The notes beneath the pieces are model-generated. The model worked only from the letters and a program-made list of their open reading frames with translations. It was not told where the DNA came from and searched no databases. Of a stretch of DNA of 64,000 nucleotides, positions 23,238 to 37,614 are shown in pieces. The translations under genes were made by a program, and so were the position numbers. This stretch comes from Camelus dromedarius (Eukaryota): the NCBI RefSeq assembly GCF_036321535.1, contig NC_087436.1:47246001-47310000 (forward strand), read 5' to 3'. Within the stretch, counting starts at the first letter, position 1; every line of letters begins with the position of its first letter.

Positions 23238-26200
23238 TTTTTTTTTTTTTAAGGCTATAGTCCATCAAGAGACATAGTTTCTAAAGAATTAGAAAACCAA
23301 GAACTAACCCATGTTCTGTTATTACATCCCAGGCTCACTTATCCCTTTAAAGTGTTGTACTTACTAGCTGAGCACTTCTTTAGGAGTGATTCTGAAATAA
23401 CACACATGTTTAAGTTTTCTACAGACAGGATCAAGAACCAGCCAATAAAATGCAAACTGTTTAACAAAATTTGTGTAAACTGTGCTCCAAAAATAAACTT
23501 GTAACTAAATAATATGAAGTGACAAAAAACAGATGAATTTTGTAATAGAATTCATCAAAATTTACTACAAGTTGGATTATGAGGGGAAAAGGATGGTCTG
23601 TTTTCTTTCTCACTAAAAAAAAAAAATTTGATCGCTTTAACTGGTGAAGCAGACAATTCAGTACTTGTTGAACTGAATACTTACTTACACAGAGCAAATA
23701 TTAGCTGTGCAAATATGAAAACAATAAATTGTGTGACTGGGAGTATTTCACAGGAAAAGATAATCTGCAGTCCATAGGGCCGCCTGAGAGGGTGGAATAG
23801 CGCTCAGCCTGTATCCACTGTTTCTGACTTAACTGTTTGATAGAATAAAGCACTGTTACTAAAATTTGATGTGCAAAATGTTTCACAGGGTGTTTTCAAT
23901 GTTGGCTTCTATTTCCTAACTGTTCTTCCTTTTGATTGGTGGCTGTAGAATTCAGATCTGATTCCAGTATATTTTGGAAGGTAAAAACTGCAGCCCCGGG
24001 GTCAAAGGACAAAAGCTTTTCCAGCAGGAGGAGAGGAATCTTAAAGAGGAAAGGAGTCACAGGGAAAGACAAGGTAACGATCCCTGGTGCGATGTGGAAC
24101 GTGTGGTAAGGGGTATGGATGAACAAGTGAGTAAATACATGAATGAGTCGGTTGATGGATAGACTAGATAAGAAGACAGACAGACAGACAGATGGGACCC
24201 TGAAGATAGGGACTCTAAAAATGGAAGAGGGCTGTAAAACAAGGTCAAAGATGAGGGAATATTTAAAACAATTCTTTATATTTCTTTGGGATATATTCTA
24301 CATCAGAGGTTCTCAGAGTTATGGAGTAGAGCGGGGGAACATCACGCACTTTTCCTCAGATACTGGGTTACACTTCCCCCAAACCCCTTTCCCCACCTCC
24401 ATTCCTGATACATCTAGCAGCTTGGAGAATTTCTGGAGGGTGGAGGTGGCTGGGCTTTCCTGGTGGCTCCCTCCTCCTTCATCTAGGTGTTTTCAGCATT
24501 GAGAGGAAAGAACAAGACTGGATTTTTCTCCTTCCTGCTCCTTTATGAATTTACAGCCAGGGAAGTATGATAAACCTGTGACCTCAGAGAAAAAGGTGTT
24601 TGTGTTAAAAGGCTTATTTCTACTTTAGCAGGCGAGCAAAAGAAGTCCCCGATAATTCAAACAGACATTTGTACTTTTAACGACCTGAACTGTAATTCTG
24701 TTAATTCACGAGAAGCCCTGCAGGACAGGTGTTTGGTCACAGAATCATCCAGCATTAAGTGGCACGAACTGCTCCGTGTTTAATGGTCAAACAAAACCCG
24801 CCAGCACCTGTTTAGCAGAAACACCCAGGGGGCTTTATCAGAAAGGTTAAATCTAACAGCCTAACTGAACAACAGTGATAATTATCTGCTTCTCCATTCC
24901 TAGCCTTCCTTATATACCCTAAAGATTTATATACCTAGAAACTGATTCCCACAGGTTTTAATTCCTTACTCTGTAATAGGAGTCTGCACAGATTACATAC
25001 TGAAGTGAGAGGTTTCTGAAAACAATAATTTAAAAAATAAAACCCACTCTGTTTAGTAAATTATTAAAAGATATTTAAGTCTGATAGTGGAGCCTACATT
25101 TTCTCCTAACAGTGGCTGGTCTAAGAACAAGAGAAAAACAGAAATGGGGTCTAATAGCTTAACATTGTATCTCCAAAGCACACAACATTTTCTAAACTAT
25201 ATTAAAGATCTCATTCTAAGTAAATAAGTAGATTACAAAGTCAACAGTGTTGTTCTTCATCAACAACAAAATGTTTTCTAGATTTGGAAGCATGGTATCT
25301 TATTACAGGAAAACCATGAGAAGAAATGAGAAGGAAAAAAGAACTTTTTTAAAATTTAATAATTATTTACTTTAATAAAGCTCCTGTACTACACGCCTTT
25401 CAGATTATTTAAAAATACACCGACTGATTTCTCCCTCTACCATATGGTGACCAAACCCTGTGTATATTTTATACAATTTCAAAAGTTTGCATAGAATACT
25501 GTAAGCAGGCGACCTTAAAAAACGACATCTTGAAACTCTGCTGTTTACTAGTGCATTAGAAGAGAATATTAACGCTTTCTTTTGAGATTTGAGTGAAATC
25601 ACCTTTAAGCAAGAATCTGTAGAAGGAGTTAAGTAATCCTGCTCTAGTGTGGAGGCAAAGGCGAGACTCTAGGAGAAACACTGAATGAGAAACACGGAAC
25701 CTAGGGCTTGTGGTCAGTCCATTTCGTAGTCAGAAGCAGAGGCAGATGCCTAAGAACAGGAAGTTTACTCAATCCCCAGTGCTGCTGTCGAAATGACACC
25801 TAAGTACACTTTGATACAGTTTCCTTGTAGAATTCTAAAATCTAGAATTAGGCATTCTGGTATGTATTTAAAATACAATGGGTTACTTGTTATATTTCTG
25901 CTTAGTACTCCATGCCAACAAAACACATTCAAGAAATAGCTCAATTCAGCCTAAGAGATTAAGAGGAGCATTTCCTGTTAGCAAGAATTAAACACTGAAA
26001 ACTTAAGAAGGAAGGTTCTAGAAACTGCACCATCACAGGTTAGTCTCATCTGCTAGTTGCAGTTTAGGTATGGTGTTCTCCAGGCTCGGGTAGAGGGGAA
26101 AGGCAAGTGGAGAGCAGGAAGGCTGGACAACTCTTTGCATCTTAAAGTCCTGTGCTGCAGCCCAGCTGGCATCTTCAAGGCAGAGCACGGTTTCATATAA

Positions 26201-28384
26201 GGAAAGGGAAAAAACTGGAAAGGAAAGCAAGCATAGAAGACCTAGAGAGGTCTGTAAAAAGCCTCCCTTTCTCATTCTCTTATGCCAACCACAGAAAGGT
26301 TCTTCTGCATGACTGGCTGAATAAGCTATGGCTTTCAAATGGTATGAGGCTATAAAAAGCAATAACTTCCCCAAAGCCATTAAGGTCACTATATTTGGCT
26401 CTAGTTTCTCCCAGAACTTAAACTTCTGTGTTGTATTTAAATAAATTCTTTCTTTCTCAAAGGCACTTATTTGACCAATGCTTCCAATCTGGGCTTTGGT
26501 TTCTGCAAATAACTCCAACACAAGGAATGACACACGTAGAGGAGAGGCAGCAAAAGAGCAACTGAAAAGATCAAAATCTTGAGCCTAACAGAATGCCATT
26601 TTAACAATTTTAAGGAATGCAAGTGTGTTATATTGCTACTTGAAACAGACCTATGAAATACCTATTACTGAATTTTCACTTATCCTAATAAATTAAGGAA
26701 AAGAAGAAAACTGTCACAAATTGTCCTTTTCTATAATCTCACCAGAAAGTTTGTATGTTAAAAATTCATTTGAAGGAAATAAAGAAATTTGGTTTATATA
26801 CCACAATATTTAAATATTACTTTAGGAAATATTAGTGAATATCTGGATATTCAGAATAATAGTCAACAGACATATGGTCTGCTAGGGAAAATGAGAACTA
26901 AACTCCAATGTCTTCAGCAAGAGCAAATGCTCCAGCAACCCTCAGCTGTGTCAAAATGTTTTGACGCATTTCTCTCTCCAAACAAGGAGAACAGCTCACT
27001 CAAGAATTTTATTTCCTTTTGTGACCAACTGTGCTGGTTCACAAAGTTGCAAAGCAAGGTTTCTGATAAACAAATGTGTCTTTTGTTGCCTGCTCTACTC
27101 AACGTGAAGGATGGAGCCTGAACACTCCACTGCAAAGCGGAGGTGGCTGTTGGTATAACAGACTTTAGAGTGACTATTTGCACACTGTTAATTTCCTAGT
27201 GACCCTTAGCCAACTGCCCATTCCCCCTAAGCAAAAATCTAGAACAGGATACCCAGCTTCTATTTTGTATTTCTTTTAGGAATACCACAACATGAGGAAC
27301 TTAATTCCAATACACCTATGCTGTCCCTCCAGGAGATAATTAGAAAAAGAGGGGAAAGACTTGAGAAAGAAAAGGCATAACAGAACAAGAGTCAGGGTTT
27401 TTATAAGGAACCCTTAAAGAGAAAGAATATATGGGAAAAAACAGATACTACTGCTGCACGTAAATGGCTCATAGGGCCCAAAGGAAGACGCATTCTGTGC
27501 AAGGGCACTTAGAGCTTGGGAAGTGCAGAGAGGCACTGGAGGTGAGCACCAATCCTTGTCATCAGAATCAAAACCAGGGGGCCCCCAAGGATTTGGATGG
27601 AGAACCAAAACTATGGTAGGGACTGGGGGTTGGAGCTGTTACACAACAACATAGTTTTGAGAGTCTACCTTTACTGAAACATTTCTACCTTAGCACTAGT
27701 AAACACAACCACAATTAAAATTAATTTAGCACATGAAAGTCAGATAGTCTATTTAGCAGAAATGGTTACTAGCCATTACATGTAAATAAACAAATGCATA
27801 ATGTACCATAATTACAAAAAATATAAATAGATTCCATATAAATATATAAAATGCATTATAATTATGATTATTTAATCAAGGCTTTCATATGGAGCTCATC
27901 TTTCTTTGCACATTAAGTCAGCTTTTCATTCTCATGTTCTTTGCAGTAAGGGCAGATCATTTCACGAACCGAACCCCTGAAGTCCACCATTAAAAGCACT
28001 GGGAGAACCTGGAAAGAGGCAGGAGGAAATAGAGAATGATTTTTGGTGGGATACCTATGTGGTGAGTGAAGAATGGGCTGGAAAGGAAACAGAAGTAGAG
28101 CATAAAATTGCTGTGGCTCTGTCTCATAGCCAGAACTCATTTCCTTACTTTCTACTTGGAGCTGATTTCCCCTGCACCTCCTCTGACAAATCCTAAGTAA
28201 AAGGGTTCCTGTGACTAAATGCCTCCTAATTACTAATAACAAAAACTTCCTACAGAATGTCTCACTGACAAATTACATAAGCAAGCTCCTACCCTATTGT
28301 AACTCATGGATAAGAACACTGGAAAGTTTTACCTTGAAACAAAGCCCATCAGAATGTAATTTAAGCTGTAATCAGAAAGATGCA

Positions 28385-29300
28385 TAAAAGCTATGATGAA
28401 TTGCTGGTAGGATCATAAATTGTTATAATTTTTTTGGAAAATCTCTTTTTAAACACATGATGAGCTTTAAAAATGCTTATGCTTCTTGACATATTAAGTT
28501 TACTATTGAGAATTTATTTTGGAACAAATTTTAAATACAGAAAGAAACATTATCCGAATACATATTTGGTGAAACATTAAAACAATCTAAATGTCTATAG
28601 TAGACATTTTGAAGCATCCATGAAATACATTGAACTTACTGTTTAAAAAACAGCACTTACTGTTCAAAAATGCACATGTATGAAATTTAAAAAAAAAAGT
28701 TAATAAATATACCAACAAGAATATAAGGTGTTAATGCTGGTGGTGGGATTTACCAATTATTTTTGTTTTCTTTGGTACTTTCCTATTTTCTTCAAATTTT
28801 CTGCAATAAAAGTATTCACCCATATATCTAGATACAATTGTATTTTGAAATAGTTTATAAAAATTATGTTTAAGATTTTAACGGTGAGTAAATTACAGTA
28901 TGATTTCAGCAATGTAAAGATCTTAACACATATATTTTTTAAACTCTGAAGAAAATAAACCAAATATTAACACTGCTTGCATTTATGGGTGATTTAAATT
29001 TTTTTCTTTATTCTGGATTGTATTTTCTAATTTTCCACATTAATCATCCTGACAATCAGGAAAATGCTAATGGTTATTTTAACTATGAAAGTATTGACAG
29101 AGTTAATAGGGAAAATGTGCTTCTGTTCTTAAAAAGGTATTTTGTTTTGAACAACTTCAAGTATGTAAAAAATGCATGTACAGAAAAGCCAGGGCACAAG
29201 TACACTAACATATTAAGAATAGTTGTTCAAGTGGTAGGAGTATGAGATTTTTTTCCTTCCTACATTGTATACAGTCTGCATTTAAAAATATTTTCATTAC
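28385..29300 (+). mobile_element. Highly decayed L1ME-like fragments
   Basis: TTGCTGGTAGGATCATAAATTGTTATAA…TTTGGAAAA and repeated AT-rich L1ME-type 3' motifs. Confidence 0.45.
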
Positions 29301-29814
29301 AAGTGTGTTATTTTATAGCTAAAAGTATTGGAAACCATGTATAGTTGTTGCTTTATTTCACAAGAAGCATTTATCAACAGAAATCTGTTTATTTCATGTC
29401 TCCACTCAGCCTCCATTAACTGCAATTAAAAAAAAATGTATGTCTAGAATGTTGTGTTTTGGATAAGTCTGCATTATTGCTGCTTTTGAGAAAGCCTGGT
29501 AAAACAGGTAACTATTTGGATAGTACAGCCCTAACTTCAAGTACAGAGACAATTAAATTAGTCTTTACATAGTGTCAACTTTCAAAAGGAGACTTTGTTG
29601 TATAAGGTGTGATGTCTTCTGCAGGGTTTATTTGCAAGAAGGATGAAGACTGCTTTATAAATTGCCACATAATGGATGTCACTCATTATTTCACAAAAAG
29701 AAACCACTTATTTGATGCTGTTTCCCTTGGGCAAAACCAGCTGCTAAAGAGAAGAGAATGAGGCCAGATCTGATTTAGATGGAGAAGACAATTCAGTCAA
29801 AAATGCAAATCTGT

Positions 29815-29945
29815 GGGGTGGGGGATAGAACTCAGTGGTAGAGCATGCACTTAGTGTGCACGAAGTCCTGGGTTCAATCTCTAGTGCCTCCTTTAAGGGA
29901 AGGAAAAAATAAAGAAAAAAAAAAAAAAAGACAACCACAAACAAA
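29815..29945 (+). mobile_element. tRNA-Ala-derived SINE (Vic-1-like)
   Basis: A-box CTCAGTGGTAGAGC, B-box GGTTCAATC, A-rich tail. TSD CAAAAATGC(A/G)AATCTG at 29798-29813 / 29946-29961. Confidence 0.88.
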
Positions 29946-32900
29946 CAAAAATGCGAATCTGCAAGTCCTCTTTCGTGAATATAGGTAATTTTCATGCACC
30001 GTGGATGTTTTAGTAAGCTTGTGTATTTATGCATTTTCAAAAACATTTTTTCTGGATATTTCGTATATATTTGTTTTATTGTACTCATTATCAGCTGAGA
30101 GTTTCTGTCCTCTGTACTCTGTGGCAACCAAGATGGCAGAAATAACCTAAAATCACCAAATGATCAGTTAAATAAATTATAGCTTTAAAGGAGTATATAT
30201 ACACTATATATAAAAATTATTTAAGTGGAAAGAATTATTGGAAACACTAATTAAACACTAATTAATCTTGCAAAAATCCATAAAAACATTACCAAATAAC
30301 AATCCCAGGTACTCCAAAATTCTGGTTCCATATCCTCTTAAAATTTTTTTATATTAGTATTTTTCTCCCTAATTTCAAAAGCTATATGTTACCCACTGTG
30401 AATTACTACTAGGGACTTATCTAAAGATACTTGGATAAGTACCTGTGAATTATTTTCCAAATACAATCATCAGAATCTTTTGGCAACAGATACATTTTAC
30501 AGTTCAGAACTTTAGATTTCAAAAATCTATATTAGGTCGCACAACTCACCACTACCACCTTGATGGATCTGGGAAACATCAGATATTCAAATATTAATAT
30601 CTCTGAATGAGGTGTAGATATATTCACACTAAGTTGGGTGAATAAAAACTATAAAGAACTTTTGGTCAGTTCAACCAGTTTCTGACACCAAGAATTAGAG
30701 GAGGGACGGAGGGATGGGGGAAGGAAGGACAAACGGCCTTTTATTTTTAGAAGTTTAGGTTTTGAAACTGCAGGTAAGTGATTCTGGACCTATAAGACTG
30801 AAACCACACTGTCCATCAAGATGGGACTAGTTACATTCTAACATTATTTGTACAATAAAATACCATCATACTATCATACAATGTTAGGCGAAGAAGTTAC
30901 AAAACGGTGTATGTAGCACAATTCTTTAGTGTGGGAGAAAATTGGGCTATATATAAATAAATAAACATGGTTCCTGGAAAAGTGATATTACATGGATCAT
31001 TTGCTCCACTTTTTACCTTTTTGTACTGAAAAAATAAATAAGCAGCCTAAAAGCAAAGATAATTATTGACTCAACAATATTTAGTGAGTACATAGAAAGT
31101 CCCTTCTCTCATGGGGTTTACATACTGCTGGTGTCCTACTACAACAAGAAAAAGACTTACAGTGCAATGAAGGAAAATCAAGCAGGAGGGCTATTCAAAC
31201 TAGGATCACCAGGCTTATGAGGCAACACTGTTTAAAATTTTTAAATGAAATCTCATTATCAGAAAAAAAAAAATCAGTACACCATCAAGGCAAGAGAATA
31301 TCAAGAACATCTATGTTCCCACCTGCCGAGACTGAATCACAGTAAATAGCTTCCAGAAACCTGCGCAAATATAACTTCTTTTAAACTAAAACTGGATTCC
31401 ACTAAAAATGCTCCCACAGCTTAACTGTGGATTTTTGCCTTTGAGTTCTTTTCCATTTCTAATCGATTAATGTGTGTACGTGTACAGCATTCTGATTATA
31501 CTGGCCATAATGGACTTTTTAAAAATTGATCACCCCAGTGCATTCTTCTAAGAAATGTTTAACCCACATGAGGCTTTTAAGAAAAGGTTAAAGATACAAT
31601 ATTATAAACACAGGAAGAATAAAAACAGATATTATGTGGGGGCAGAAGAGTTAAAGCTATCAAATGTCTAATAAGGATTCAGTATTCAACTTGACTTTTG
31701 ATGCAGAGGTTGTATTATTTTATGTTAAATAGGTAGGATAGAAAATAGAGATACAGAAAACTGCAAAAGCTGTACCCTGAGTTTAATGAAACAGAGTGAC
31801 CAAACCCAAGATAAGCAATACTCCAGGGCTAGACATATAATAAATGCTGGACTCACCGCCTGGAGGGTGAGGCAAGTGAATGGCCGGCCAGGCAGAACGG
31901 AGATGATTTCTGGCATCCCGTTCCACGTGGAATCCAGCTCTAAGGGCTCAGGAGGGTAGCAGAAGAGAAGGCGCCTATCCTGGAGAGGTTTTTGATTAAG
32001 TAACTCCCACCCCCTCCCATCCACCCAGAAGCCATTTAAAAAGACCAAAGAGCAATAAAAACAACTTTTATAAATTCAAGAAGAAATAACATTTGAAGTT
32101 TAGTAAACTATACTACATAGATGTAAAAGTGAAAAGAAAATTCAAATAATGAACATAACAATGGAGGATACACACATACTATATATATTGGGAATTTTAA
32201 AAGGCTAGGGTATACAGATGAAAACTGAAAACAAAATTTTAAAAAAGTAGAATAGTCCTTTTTAATAGACTTGTAAAATGCCAAGCTCCACAAATCAGTA
32301 ATGAATAGAACATCAGTGAAGTAGTTACTCTATTCTGTTTAGCACTGGTCTATTCTTGGGAGTAAACTATGGTCAGAAACTGTTTTCTACAGAGTGAAGC
32401 AGGTTTAGAAAAACACAGGATGATTAAAAGCACTGTCTCCAAACCTGAACATCAAGCCAAGAGGTAGTCAGGAAATGCTATAAACTCTCAATGTTCAATT
32501 AGCATCAGGAAGCTAAAAGATGTAATTCCATATTTAATCTTATTTCCATTAAATGTAATTTTCATTGATGATACTACATTTTAAAAAAAAGTATTTGACC
32601 AGAAATACTCACTTGAAACTTTTTTTTCCAAAACATGCTATCAAAAACATGTATTAAGAAAAAAAACACAAAAAGCCCCCTGCATTTTCCAAGAAATTTA
32701 AATAAAATTTACAGCCCAGAAGTTTTTTGTTTTTGATTTGGTTTTTTTTTTCTTCTAACATCTCCTGTAGCATAATCTGCAGTATTAAAGATATCAGAAT
32801 ATTGTGAGCCCATTTCCAAAGCTTGTACTGACGACAAGACCAAAAATGACATTCTGGTTAATATGTCTCTGTACTTCAGAGGCACATCTTACGAATGTCA

Positions 32901-33490
32901 GAAAGGATGATGGGCTGATGGGCAGTATCTTTAAATGAAATGAGTGAATTCCATTGTATGCAATGGGGGTTATTTAGAGGGTAAATAAAATCTTAGCTAT
33001 TATCTCAGCTTCAAAGTCCCTCCTCTGCTTTCTTGACAATCACCCCAAGTCCTGTCCAATTTAATTCTCCATCTATCTATGTAACTCTGCTTTCTCTAGC
33101 TCACAAACACCCTTCCTTACAGAGGGCATGACTTAATCCAAACATGTCAGTAGCCACAACACATTTTTAATGGATTAAATCCATCCACCAAAAAGATACA
33201 AAAAATTTATTTATTTTTTTACTAAAAAGAAAGTTTATGCAGTCCTAGGAATATGGGATACTCTAGTATTTTGTACTACTGAATACAAAGTGAAATTATG
33301 AGGAAATGAATAATACAAAACAGGTCACTAAGAAGACATGAAGTCATGAATAATCTTGCACAAGGAGAAAATGAAGCACCACAACCACTGGGGGGAAAGG
33401 ACTGATGATCAAGTACTTAATGCAGCATTCCCTCCCGCTCTGGTTTTGTTCCTGGTCCATTTCCTGGTCTACTGGCTTCTTGTTGGCCCT

Positions 33491-33598
33491 GTCATGCATA
33501 TACATACATATATTTGTTTTCATATTTTTTTTCATTAAAGGTTATTACAAGATACTGAATGTAGTTCCCTGTGCTGTACAGAAGAAACTTGTTTTTTA
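33491..33598 (-). mobile_element. Tail-less internal LINE-1 3'UTR fragment
   Basis: Reverse complement matches the middle of the 12945-13245 element (CTTCTGTACAGCACAGGGAACTAC…TATATGCATGAC). Confidence 0.8.
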
Positions 33599-33679
33599 CT
33601 GACTGCTTCTTCTAAAGCCCCTAAATGGCTCTCTGTGGCCATAAGTCCATTGGTTACTTTGACTTACAAAAAAAAACAA

Positions 33680-33968
33680 CTTATAATAGAAAATTTCAAA
33701 TGTTATATTGAAAGTACAGAGAATAGCACAGCAAATCTCATCAGCTACAACGATCATCATGGGAAATCTATTTTATCTGTCTTCTACCCTGAGTCTTTCT
33801 GAAACAATCCCAAACATCTTATTTGTAAACTTGTAAATATTTCAGTATGCCTCTTCAAGGCACTCTTTAAAAAAAAAATAAAAAACACTAATGTCATTAC
33901 AGCTAAACAAAATTAACATTATTTCCTTAGTAACAAATATCCAGTCAGATCACCTTTTCCCAATTACC
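33680..33968 (-). mobile_element. L1MC-like 3' fragment
   Basis: AAAATTTCAAA…AAAGTACAGAGAATAG…TGTAAATATTTCAGTATG…AAATATCCAGTCAG pattern. Confidence 0.6.
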
Positions 33969-33989
33969 TTAGTTTTTCCTCCAGATGGT

Positions 33990-34275
33990 GTGTCCTTCTG
34001 ACGGGTGACACTGCTTACAAGGACCTTTGAAATCTGGCCTCGGCTTCCTTCCGGGCTCAACTGGAGACTCATTTTTTCCCTTTCCCTTCATCCTGTGCTT
34101 CTAGGCATAGTCCTTAACTTCTGTCCCCATCACATGCATTTTCCGCTCTTATCAGGCCTTTTCATAGAGTTTTTCAGCAGCCCAAACCTCCTCTCGTCCC
34201 CGCCTTCTTGCTTACATACCTGCCTCTTCTGCTCAGGTCCCAGCTTAGATGTCACTTTCTCCAAGAAACCTTTCC
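33990..34275 (+). mobile_element. LINE-2 fragment
   Basis: CAGGTCCCAGCTTAGATGTCACTTTCTCCAAGAAACCTTTCCTG. Confidence 0.6.
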
Positions 34276-35329
34276 TGCTACAACTCCTGGACCCAGAAAC
34301 AAATTGTCAAACACAGCACCCACTGCCTGGGGAGGTAACAAAACCTAGAGTCCTCTTTCCCCAAATCCCCATTGAAAAACAAATGCCAATTTATAACTTC
34401 CAACTTGTTAAAAACCACCCTTCCCCTCTGGGGTGCCTGGTGTCCTACATTTTCATGGTATGGTCACCAGTCTTTGCTTTTTGACTATATATTCATGCAC
34501 AATTATTATACAGATCTCTTATAAAAATGGTGTTCTATAGGTGCAAATCAGACTAGTGCAGAGATTTCAATAGTAAGAAAATCCAGACTCATTTAAATAC
34601 TATAAATTAATAATCATGAGGCTTTCAAATATGAATTAGATATTTGGCAAGTATCTGGGTGTGGTAGCGACAGGGACAAAAGAGCTGGTGGGCAAAAGAA
34701 GACCCTAACTCTAAAGCCAGTTTTGGAATCCTACTGTTACTACAGCAGATAGTTTCTTCATTTTCTTCTGAGAGTGGCACCAACTCTTAAAAACAAAAAT
34801 GCACTCACTCATCAAGGGCATTACTGTATGTCAATAAATAACCAGCTAAATAGACAGAATTTCTTTGCAGAGATTTTCACCAAAGTGCAATCAGAAACCT
34901 ATGTTTAAAGATCAACTGTCAGAAAGTTTCCTAGGAAATACTGGTTGGCCACTGTGTATAGCTTTCCTCATCTACAAAAGTAAGACCATTCATAATAACT
35001 AGGTAGAAAAGAACATTTCTCTGGGGCCTTAACAAATCTAATTTATGTTGTGAAGCCAATTGATTATTGTATTTTGAGCTTTGTAGTTACTTTAGAAAAG
35101 CTTTTTTTTTTTTGAAAAGTATTTACAAATGTATACTTTAAACAATTTTATCAACACATGATCGTACAAAGTTAATTGGGATCTACCATTATTGTGCTAT
35201 AGTCTAACAAGAAAAAAAATATACATTTTTAGTTATCAACACTAGATTAGAATATTCAAGTGTTTAAAGTTTTTTGAATCTGCATCCTATTAATGATTTA
35301 AATGTGTACAGCCTAGACTTAAGAATAAG

Positions 35330-35550
35330 TTAACACTCATATAGTATTTACCATTGCCAAACACTGTTCTAAATGCTTTGTCTTATTAAATCTTCAACAC
35401 AACTCTATGAGGTAGACATGATTATTACCCACATTTCAGAGATGAGCACAGAGAGGTTAAGTAAAATTGCCCAAGGTCACCAGCTAGTAAATGGTGGAGC
35501 TAGCATTTGATACTTTGGTGGCTCTGATTCAGTATGTCATTCTACCACTC
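35330..35550 (-). mobile_element. MIR SINE
   Basis: CAACTCTATGAGGTAG…CACAGAGAGGTTAAGTAA…TGCCCAAGGTCACCAGCTAGTAAATGG. Confidence 0.8.
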
Positions 35551-36030
35551 TTCGGGGGAAAATCTACAAACTAGCACACAGCTTCAGGTTGAATTCTTAC
35601 AGCGAAGGAAAAGAAACAAGATAGCATGCCCCTGCTAAATCAGAAGAACCAGCGCTGGAGATCAGCAGACTTTCATAGCCAGATCTCTTCTGTTGCTTCC
35701 TCTTGACACACAGTAAAAATGTTCCAGAGTCAACAGGGAAGACCTGACATTTCCTTTACAGCTGTGACTCCTGGACTTGGTCAACTTTTCCATGTGTATT
35801 CACTTTTACATACAGGGGACAGAAAGGATCCAGCAAAGTAGGCTTAGATCAGATTTAGTCCATTGTGCTAAGGACGTTGGGGGATGAGAGAGGGGCCACA
35901 CCCTTTATCTGTGTTGTGAATCATGCTGAGAAGAAAGAAGTGCAGTGTCTCAATGAGACCTTGCGGACATGACTCCAGCCCCCTTCTTGCTTCAACTAGA
36001 GAAGTTCCGCTTTTCTTTCTATTTTGGAAG

Positions 36031-36127
36031 GGAGGAGGAGGTATAGCTCAGTGATAGAGCACATGCTTAGCAAGCACAAGGTCCTTGGTTCAATCCCCAG
36101 TACCTCTATTAAAAACAAACAAACCAA
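36031..36127 (+). mobile_element. tRNA-Ala-derived SINE (Vic-1-like)
   Basis: GGTATAGCTCAGTGATAGAGCACATGCTTAGCAAGCACAAGGTCCTTGGTTCAATCCCCAGTACCTC followed by an A-rich tail. Confidence 0.88.
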
Positions 36128-37577
36128 AGATGTCTCTTTTGGAGGGGTTACCCAAAATCTCATCTGAAATATGGGTTCAATGGCTAAGAAAGTTTAAAAG
36201 CTACTAGTGTCATGGCAAGGCCCTGGATCAGAAGTTAAGAAACCAGAATCTTTATCTCCATTTGGCCACAAACCAGCTGTGACTAATCCTGGGTAGGTAA
36301 TTTAGCAACTTTGGGTTTCAGTTCTCATTTAATACAACCTCATTATTTTTCAGATTTCCTAGATGTATAAAAAATATCATTATATAAAAAGAAATGTTAG
36401 TGATCTCACCAAAGACAGTTAAAGAAGGCAAACAAAAATCCCATTCTCACAGAAAGAAAAGCAGCAGGGTGAAATAATGTACTGATAGAGAGGGTACCAG
36501 CCAGCAGAGGCTCTAGGTGCTTCCTCTTGGTGCTCAGAGCAGCACCATGAGGCGGGCCCTGCGGGTGAGAAATCAACTCCCTCAAAGATTTCACAATTTT
36601 TTTGTGTGTGTTTTAATTTAGCTTGATGTAGGTAATTTATGGGTTAACAGGTCCATGTGAGTTTATTAAAACAATGAACAACAAAAGTTCACTCGACATC
36701 ATGGTCAAACTTGCAAGGTAACGTTTTAGAATCCTAAGATCGGGGTTCTAAACCAGACTCTACCACTTGATGGGAATTAAAGCAATCCTCGTGGTCTGCA
36801 GTTTCTTCAGCCTTACCTCTCCCACATTCTCAAATAAGGAACTATGTTAAATGACTGGTCATTGGCATGTTACAATTAAAAATGGCCTGTCTTATGTCTT
36901 TATTTCTCATGGTTAGACATCAGATTGTGAGAACAGGTCACATGAAGAGGGAAATAAATCCAAGGAAGAATCATCCATTAGGTTCCATACACTATTTAGG
37001 CACCTGAATGGAGTGAGAAGACTATTTTTGGGGGCCTGATGCAGAATCCCCTTTCCTACCATGATGGAGGCCAATTAAATAAGATCTTAACAAAGAGCTT
37101 CTGATCTCAGGTTAATTAGAGAAGAAATAAGATATTAAAACTGAAGAAAATACTTTTATAAGGTTGAAGTGAAGGTCATATCCCATATAACAAGAGATGG
37201 TTAAGAAAGTTATTAAGTGAGCTCAGGCGCCAACACCAAAGGATATAAACAAATCAGGATTATGCTTCATTATACCAACTAACCATTATGTGAGTGAAGA
37301 TTCAAAATTAGGTAATAATATAATACAAATTGTATAAACTATGTTTAAAAAGGCTTTTTCGAAGATATTTAAAATTAAAAAGTAAAAATATCCCAAGTAA
37401 CCTGAAATTGGGTATCTTGATTTAAAGAGTTAAACTATCTACTCTTCTAGCATTCATGTTTAAAGGCAGACAATTTACAGCATCAAATTGGACTAGATTT
37501 CTCTGGTAATAGACTGGCAATCCTAGACTGGAGTTTTTTCCTGGGCAGCAGACTATTTCAGTTTTAACTTCAGACAT

Positions 37578-37580
<3 letters not shown>

Positions 37581-37612
<32 letters not shown>
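37581..37612. repeat. (AC)16 microsatellite
   Basis: Perfect dinucleotide run. Confidence 0.97.

Positions 37613-37614
<2 letters not shown>

Noticed and set aside
26033..26533. 166-aa minus-strand ORF (likewise 47990-48475 and 34005-34484)
   Set aside because: No family resemblance, non-ATG starts in the track, no convincing exon boundaries; 34005-34484 overlaps an L2 fragment.
71..30779. Strong plus-strand donors (CAG|GTAAG near 71, 1105 and 30771) hinting at an antisense lncRNA
   Set aside because: No coherent exon chain can be built from sequence alone; stranded RNA-seq would be needed.
36031..36110. tRNA-like sequences as possible tRNA-Ala genes
   Set aside because: A-rich tails, TSDs and broken stems show they are SINE copies.
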